The notes under the pieces are model-generated. The model did not search any database and was not told where the DNA came from. It saw only the letters and a program-made list of their open reading frames with translations. A stretch of DNA of 64,000 bases from a virus. Below, piece after piece: positions 59,473 through 64,000 of this stretch; within the stretch, counting starts at the first letter, position 1; the number at the start of each line of letters is the position of its first letter. The translations under genes and the position numbers were made by a program. Location: the IMG/VR virus record IMGVR_UViG_3300043399_000446, positions 22,133 to 86,132 of that record; one strand, 5' to 3'.

Positions 59473-60017
59473 AACAATCCATGTTTGATAAGCTTACGAT
59501 AGGCATCTTGAACCACAATAGCCTGATGTTCAGCATCTTCTACAGCCTTGTGTGTAGTTCTAGTGCCATATTTTTTATCTTTCAAACTTACTCCAGTGAT
59601 ATCAAATAATGTACGTGTGTCTCTAGCGTTATAATACGGCCAAGGAATAGCTAAGTCAACATTACGGAAACCAGTTTCTAAAGCCACGATGTCGAAGCCA
59701 GCACCATTGCTCCAAATAGCTCTACGATTCCAGCAAAACTTGTAAAGTAATTCCAAGCATTCTTTGAATGGCAGTCTACCAACTTCGCTAAATGCTTCGT
59801 TCATAGCATCAGGACTTTGTGTAGCCCACCATTTTATAGTCTCATCGTCAATAGTGCGATTGTATAATTCTGTTTGTTCTTCTATTGTGGGTTTTAGCTC
59901 TAACTTTTCAACTATACCCATGCCTTTAGGATCAAATCGTACAGCACCAATTGAGAGTATTACACAGTTTGGTTTTGTATCTAATGTCTCTAAGTCTACC
60001 ATTATATCATTTGCCAT
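59469..60017 (-). CDS. DEDDh 3'-5' exonuclease
   Basis: MVDLET, WSNGAGFD, RDTRT, HKAVEDA. Confidence 0.85.
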   Translation of the reverse strand: MANDIMVDLETLDTKPNCVILSIGAVRFDPKGMGIVEKLELKPTIEEQTELYNRTIDDETIKWWATQSPDAMNEAFSEVGRLPFKECLELLYKFCWNRRAIWSNGAGFDIVALETGFRNVDLAIPWPYYNARDTRTLFDITGVSLKDKKYGTRTTHKAVEDAEHQAIVVQDAYRKLIKHGLL

Positions 60018-60018
60018 A

Positions 60019-60384
60019 TCATTCCCATCTCAATTTAAATAATACTAATTCTTGGTCACTTGCCAAGTAAATTCTGTTTTTAGCATCCCTATCATGTTTC
60101 CAACACCAATGTTTATTTTGACTTTTAGGCGTGGTATTAGCCGTATTGAGGACTATATTTTGTATATTAAAATTCTTATCGGTAATCCACTCATCAACTT
60201 CTTTACTCGCACCCCAAGTTTGCCAACACCATTCACGCCATTCAAAAAACAAATTGTCTGGTGCACGATTTTTGAATAAATTATAAGGTGCGTTAACAGA
60301 AATTAGATACTTGAAGTCGGGATATCCAGTGTATCTACGATCAACTTTCTTTATATCTAAACTCATTGTTTCAATTTTTGCCAC
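60019..60384 (-). CDS. F-x-L-R-W family small protein
   Basis: EWCWQTWG...DQELVLFKLRWE. Confidence 0.6.
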   Translation of the reverse strand: MAKIETMSLDIKKVDRRYTGYPDFKYLISVNAPYNLFKNRAPDNLFFEWREWCWQTWGASKEVDEWITDKNFNIQNIVLNTANTTPKSQNKHWCWKHDRDAKNRIYLASDQELVLFKLRWE

Positions 60385-60704
60385 ACTATTGCCTTTTCTA
60401 ATCTGTCTTTGAATTCTTCTGCTTGCTGTATATTATTAAATCCTACACCTGATATCTTGAATGTGCGCTCTACCCAATTACTATAGTTCCTACTTTTATC
60501 CTGTAGCCAAATACTATCATTTACCCATGTGATCCAATGTTTTTTAAGATCCAAATCTGTTTCAACTAATCCTATAACATAACATTTCATTTCACCAAAT
60601 ACGGTATCTAATATCCTCATAGTGGGATCTATATCCCGTAGAGTTTTACCATGACTCCAAACTACAAGATAATTACCATCGAAAGGTTCTATAATTATGT
60701 TCAT
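60363..60704 (-). CDS. hypothetical protein
   Basis: 113 aa. Confidence 0.55.
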   Translation of the reverse strand: MNIIIEPFDGNYLVVWSHGKTLRDIDPTMRILDTVFGEMKCYVIGLVETDLDLKKHWITWVNDSIWLQDKSRNYSNWVERTFKISGVGFNNIQQAEEFKDRLEKAIVWQKLKQ

Positions 60705-61006
60705 TGAAATTTAAGAACATAAAGTATGTACTTTTGTTCATCTACTATTTGGTAGTCCCCACCGATATTACCTTCTACAAAGTTTAATTTGATGCCATAT
60801 TTGTCAGTGATCCATTCTTCAAATTCATACGCATCAAAATTCGTATGCTCATTTTGAAATTCATCACGAAGTTTTTTTAATGTTGCCCAAAAATCATTTC
60901 TACGCTTTCTATCTGAATGAAGAGCCTCAATGGCTTCTTGGTCGCCCTGCATAACAGCATTAACCAAACTTTGTACCCTTTTTAAATAATCTTCGTCATC
61001 TTCCAT
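60701..61006 (-). CDS. F-x-L-R-W family-like small protein
   Basis: ends DEQKYILYVLKFQ. Confidence 0.55.
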   Translation of the reverse strand: MEDDEDYLKRVQSLVNAVMQGDQEAIEALHSDRKRRNDFWATLKKLRDEFQNEHTNFDAYEFEEWITDKYGIKLNFVEGNIGGDYQIVDEQKYILYVLKFQ

Positions 61007-61206
61007 TCGTGGTCACGGCCCCATGTTAGCATGAATAGAGTATAATCTTTTTCTTCGGAAAATTCAATAAGTAATTTATCATCCTGCACTTTTCCGGTAA
61101 AATTCACCTTATGTTTATCTGCCCAAATATACAATCTAATCTCTATTGTGCTTTTAACAAGATCCCTCAGTGCTTTATCTTCGGAGGGTAAATAAAATTC
61201 AATCAT
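60982..61206 (-). CDS. F-x-L-R-W family small protein
   Basis: FSEEKDYTLFMLTW. Confidence 0.6.
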   Translation of the reverse strand: MIEFYLPSEDKALRDLVKSTIEIRLYIWADKHKVNFTGKVQDDKLLIEFSEEKDYTLFMLTWGRDHEWKMTKII

Positions 61207-61436
61207 TCCCACCTCAATTTGGCTAATAATGCCATATCTTTATTCCATATTCTTATGATGTATAGTGTAGGTTCAGCAAAGATACTATTATTGTAATCTG
61301 TTCCTAAAGGTAATAATTCCCAGCCATCACCGTAGGCTGACCAAAAATGGTTATTTATTTTGAACTTACCCACATTATTTTCAAGCCAAGAAATTATTTC
61401 CTGCCTACCACCCCTAGCCTTTACTTCATATGGCAT
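61203..61436 (-). CDS. F-x-L-R-W family small protein
   Basis: WLENNVG...DMALLAKLRWE. Confidence 0.6.
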   Translation of the reverse strand: MPYEVKARGGRQEIISWLENNVGKFKINNHFWSAYGDGWELLPLGTDYNNSIFAEPTLYIIRIWNKDMALLAKLRWE

Positions 61437-61437
61437 A

Positions 61438-61692
61438 TTACCACCTTAAGGCACACAATAAATAATCTCGTTCGTATCTGAATTTTATACAGAATGAGTT
61501 GTCGTCAAATGCCCACCTACAATGACGTTCGCAATTTGGAATGCTATCATAGATCCAATCTAAAATATCACCGTACCAATTTACAAATTTACTATGTGTG
61601 TTTATTTCAGGTAGAGGTATAGTATGTTGATACCATCCAGGTTTGACATCACACCAATCTTTTTGTGTTTCGTACCACTCTAACTTTTTCAT
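61438..61692 (-). CDS. F-x-L-R-W family small protein
   Basis: FRYERDYLLCALRW. Confidence 0.6.
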   Translation of the reverse strand: MKKLEWYETQKDWCDVKPGWYQHTIPLPEINTHSKFVNWYGDILDWIYDSIPNCERHCRWAFDDNSFCIKFRYERDYLLCALRW

Positions 61693-61961
61693 AACCAACG
61701 CATAGTGAACAATAAAGCATCCTGTTCGTTTTTAAAATACATCATTGTATAATTAAAATCTTTTTCTAATATCCATAAAATATCGTTATCTGTACAACTT
61801 TCTTCAACAGAACATATATCGCCGGGACCGTAATAAGTATAAGATACTATGTTACCCTTACCTAAATAAGTTTCACAAAAAGAAATAATATCTTCCAGTT
61901 GATTATAAAAATTTTTATATAAACTGATTTTCTCCCAACCTTGAGGTATATCTATTATCAT
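61689..61961 (-). CDS. F-x-L-R-W family small protein
   Basis: FCETYLG...FKNEQDALLFTMRWL. Confidence 0.6.
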   Translation of the reverse strand: MIIDIPQGWEKISLYKNFYNQLEDIISFCETYLGKGNIVSYTYYGPGDICSVEESCTDNDILWILEKDFNYTMMYFKNEQDALLFTMRWL

Positions 61962-62182
61962 AACCAACGCATACAAAAGAAAAGGGCGTCTTTTTCAAAT
62001 TTAAAATAGAATGTATCAGAGTATCTATGGACCCAACCATATCTCCAAATACATTTTTTATTTCTACCACCTTCACCAAAGTTGTCTCTACACCACTGAA
62101 TGACTTCGTGTAAATCATCGTGAGTATATGGTTTTATTGATAGCTGAACTCTAAATTCATGCTTGCTCTTACGTTTAATCAT
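61958..62182 (-). CDS. F-x-L-R-W family small protein
   Basis: WCRDNFG...FKFEKDALFFCMRWL. Confidence 0.6.
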   Translation of the reverse strand: MIKRKSKHEFRVQLSIKPYTHDDLHEVIQWCRDNFGEGGRNKKCIWRYGWVHRYSDTFYFKFEKDALFFCMRWL

Positions 62183-62619
62183 GACCACCTCGTCACGAAC
62201 CAAATATAATCAGCATCATCCATGAAAGCAAAGAAAATAAAATCATACCCGCCGATATCATTCATAGAATAATCAGTGGGATTATCAGCATTATTAGGAT
62301 CAGTAAAGAAGTTGTTAGGTAACACCCTATGAATATCAGTGCGCCATTTACCTACACAATTACTTTTACACCATTCTTTTAGTTTCTCATAGCCATCAGT
62401 CCAATCGGGGTATCCTATAAAGGCTTCACTGGTGGCATCTTTTATAACGTAGACATAAGGATAATTCATGTAGAAAGATTTAGTTGTTCCTGCCCAGTTA
62501 TTTATGTCGGGGTCAAACCTGTGATTATACTCTGCCCAATTTTTACAACCGTGCCTTTTCAAAAATCTTTTATCTTTCCACCTTAAATAGTTACTATATA
62601 ACCTACCAATCAAGTACAT
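62179..62619 (-). CDS. F-x-L-R-W family small protein
   Basis: EWCKSNCVG...FMDDADYIWFVTRWS. Confidence 0.6.
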   Translation of the reverse strand: MYLIGRLYSNYLRWKDKRFLKRHGCKNWAEYNHRFDPDINNWAGTTKSFYMNYPYVYVIKDATSEAFIGYPDWTDGYEKLKEWCKSNCVGKWRTDIHRVLPNNFFTDPNNADNPTDYSMNDIGGYDFIFFAFMDDADYIWFVTRWS

Positions 62620-62620
62620 T

Positions 62621-63331
62621 TCAGTACCCAGCCAACCTTAATATTTCTGTGACCTGCGCCACATGCTCGGGATTTTTCTTGAATTTGATAGCCCACAATT
62701 CAGGATTGATATAATCCATAATCAATCTTTCTTGATCTGGTGTAATCTTGTTCAAAAAATCCACACCACTATTACTATGGTACATAATCCAGGGGCTGAT
62801 TTTTCCTGTGGTGATTAGATAGCAAATCTTATTACTATTGCCATACCTCAATACGTCATTGTTTTTTATGTGTAGGTCTTCTGCCAAACTAATGGTAGTT
62901 TCAATACTGCGAGCAATAGCATCAAGTGGATCTTCTACGCGCAAATATTCGCACAGAAATTTTGTGTATATTACATCACTACACCAATCATCAATCTTGA
63001 TTTTGTTTTTGATAAGCCAATCAATGAACCTACTGGGGTTCAAACAATTTATATCGATACAATATATGCCAAATTTTATAAAGGCAATATAGTAAGGCGA
63101 CTTGATGAATTCTTCGTAGGGTTTTACTTTTTTAGACGCTGTGTTTTTCTTCATGAACTGAAGAAATAGTTGATATGCTATACGATTACCTGGCTTATCT
63201 TTTTCTTGCCAGCGATGTTTGTATTCACATATATGACGGATAACCGTAGTTTCGCGGACAAATGTTCGCCCACAAAACTCACATCCAAATTTAGATGTTT
63301 CCTTGGTCTCGTTCGTATTGCTTGATTTCAT
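62621..63331 (-). CDS. conserved protein with N-terminal C2HC zinc finger
   Basis: CEFCGRTF...HIC; GKISPW. Confidence 0.6.
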   Translation of the reverse strand: MKSSNTNETKETSKFGCEFCGRTFVRETTVIRHICEYKHRWQEKDKPGNRIAYQLFLQFMKKNTASKKVKPYEEFIKSPYYIAFIKFGIYCIDINCLNPSRFIDWLIKNKIKIDDWCSDVIYTKFLCEYLRVEDPLDAIARSIETTISLAEDLHIKNNDVLRYGNSNKICYLITTGKISPWIMYHSNSGVDFLNKITPDQERLIMDYINPELWAIKFKKNPEHVAQVTEILRLAGY

Positions 63332-63881
63332 CGTCTGTTACCAATTCAGCAAGAATTTCTATATCCTGATATTTTAGATTAGGATATATTGTGGCAATAT
63401 ACATCTTTTTCTTTTGCGTGTCAACAAATGATTTGGCTAATTCATCCAAAGAACCGCTATCTGTTTTAGGATAAATTTTTTGGAAATACTCTTTAACTTC
63501 TTTTATCTTAGCGGGTTCCTTCAGCTTTGTCATTTTATCTTTAAGATGTGGTATCCACTGATGATATTGTTTGCCGATACCAGGACTGGCAGCACATAAC
63601 ATCAACCATTGTAATTCAGGATGCTTTTGGATAGTTTCATTGAAGTAATATTTGTTGGCATGATAATCTACACTTTGTAGATAATATTGCTGGACTTCAC
63701 CTGAACCCTTAACTGCGCTGACCCAATGTAGCATCATGTAGGGTACAAACTTCTTTTTCTGTTCTTCGCTGAGTTTACTGAACCAAGCATAATCTTTCTT
63801 ATCTATAGCCAAGAGGGCTTCAAACAAATCAAAATCTTGCTTCTCAAACTTCTCGTCTTGGGATACTTTTTCTTTAGCCAT
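63291..63881 (-). CDS. clamp loader small subunit (gp62-like)
   Basis: KFVPYMMLHW, HPELQW, G-x-QYHQWI pattern. Confidence 0.6.
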   Translation of the reverse strand: MAKEKVSQDEKFEKQDFDLFEALLAIDKKDYAWFSKLSEEQKKKFVPYMMLHWVSAVKGSGEVQQYYLQSVDYHANKYYFNETIQKHPELQWLMLCAASPGIGKQYHQWIPHLKDKMTKLKEPAKIKEVKEYFQKIYPKTDSGSLDELAKSFVDTQKKKMYIATIYPNLKYQDIEILAELVTDDEIKQYERDQGNI

Positions 63882-63999
63882 TTTGTTTGTTAGGCCCTAA
63901 CGTCCAAATCAATTTGATAATTTCAAAACTCACAGCATCAGGATGATTGGGACTTATATCTACACCTTCACTATCTAAATCGGGAGTCCATTTTTGTTC
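63874..63999 (-). CDS. 3' end of a hypothetical gene truncated by the window edge
   Basis: 42 open codons ending in TAA overlapping the gp62-like start. Confidence 0.45.
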   Translation of the reverse strand, partial: EQKWTPDLDSEGVDISPNHPDAVSFEIIKLIWTLGPNKQNG

Positions 64000-64000
64000 C

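Noticed and set aside
61915-62118. 67 aa alternative-frame ORF
   Set aside because: Overlaps two better-supported paralogue-family genes on the same strand.
1093-63092. Numerous short ORFs lying opposite real genes in the ORF track (e.g. 17996..18574, 22938..23453, 39053..39490)
   Set aside because: Antisense shadows of long genes with no SD, promoter or motifs.
1-64000. Stop-codon reassignment
   Set aside because: Conserved genes are intact in the standard code, and TAA, TGA and TAG all terminate genes.

Overview
This 64 kb window is part of a large AT-rich T4-like (jumbo-type) myophage genome, with genes mostly on the minus strand and no sign of stop-codon recoding. Virion genes include tail sheath and tube, neck gp13/gp14, gp15, gp4, a baseplate Ig-repeat protein and several fibre proteins. 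Replication genes include a gp41-like helicase, a gp61-like primase, clamp loader subunits, exonucleases and two tiny DnaE fragments 43 kb apart. Host-like accessory genes include ClpA, DnaJ, GroES, PhoH, IscA, peptide deformylase, MazG, dNMP kinase and a Nudix hydrolase, and there is a GH19 endolysin. The most notable signals are non-coding. (1) Three dispersed GIY-YIG endonuclease genes share a ~60-nt covarying structured leader bracketed by two convergent TAAATA late-promoter motifs. (2) A ~370-nt ORF-free, multi-pseudoknotted candidate ncRNA lies at 37240-37612. (3) A 4-way-junction/kissing-loop RNA leader lies at 45977-46040. (4) Late promoters are repeatedly embedded in RBS-sequestering hairpins, and many transcripts look leaderless. 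There is also a tandem array of small paralogues ending in F-x-L/M-R-W and a multidomain NTase/ART-like putative head-packaged polyprotein. All calls come from reading the sequence by eye; no searches or folding programs were run.
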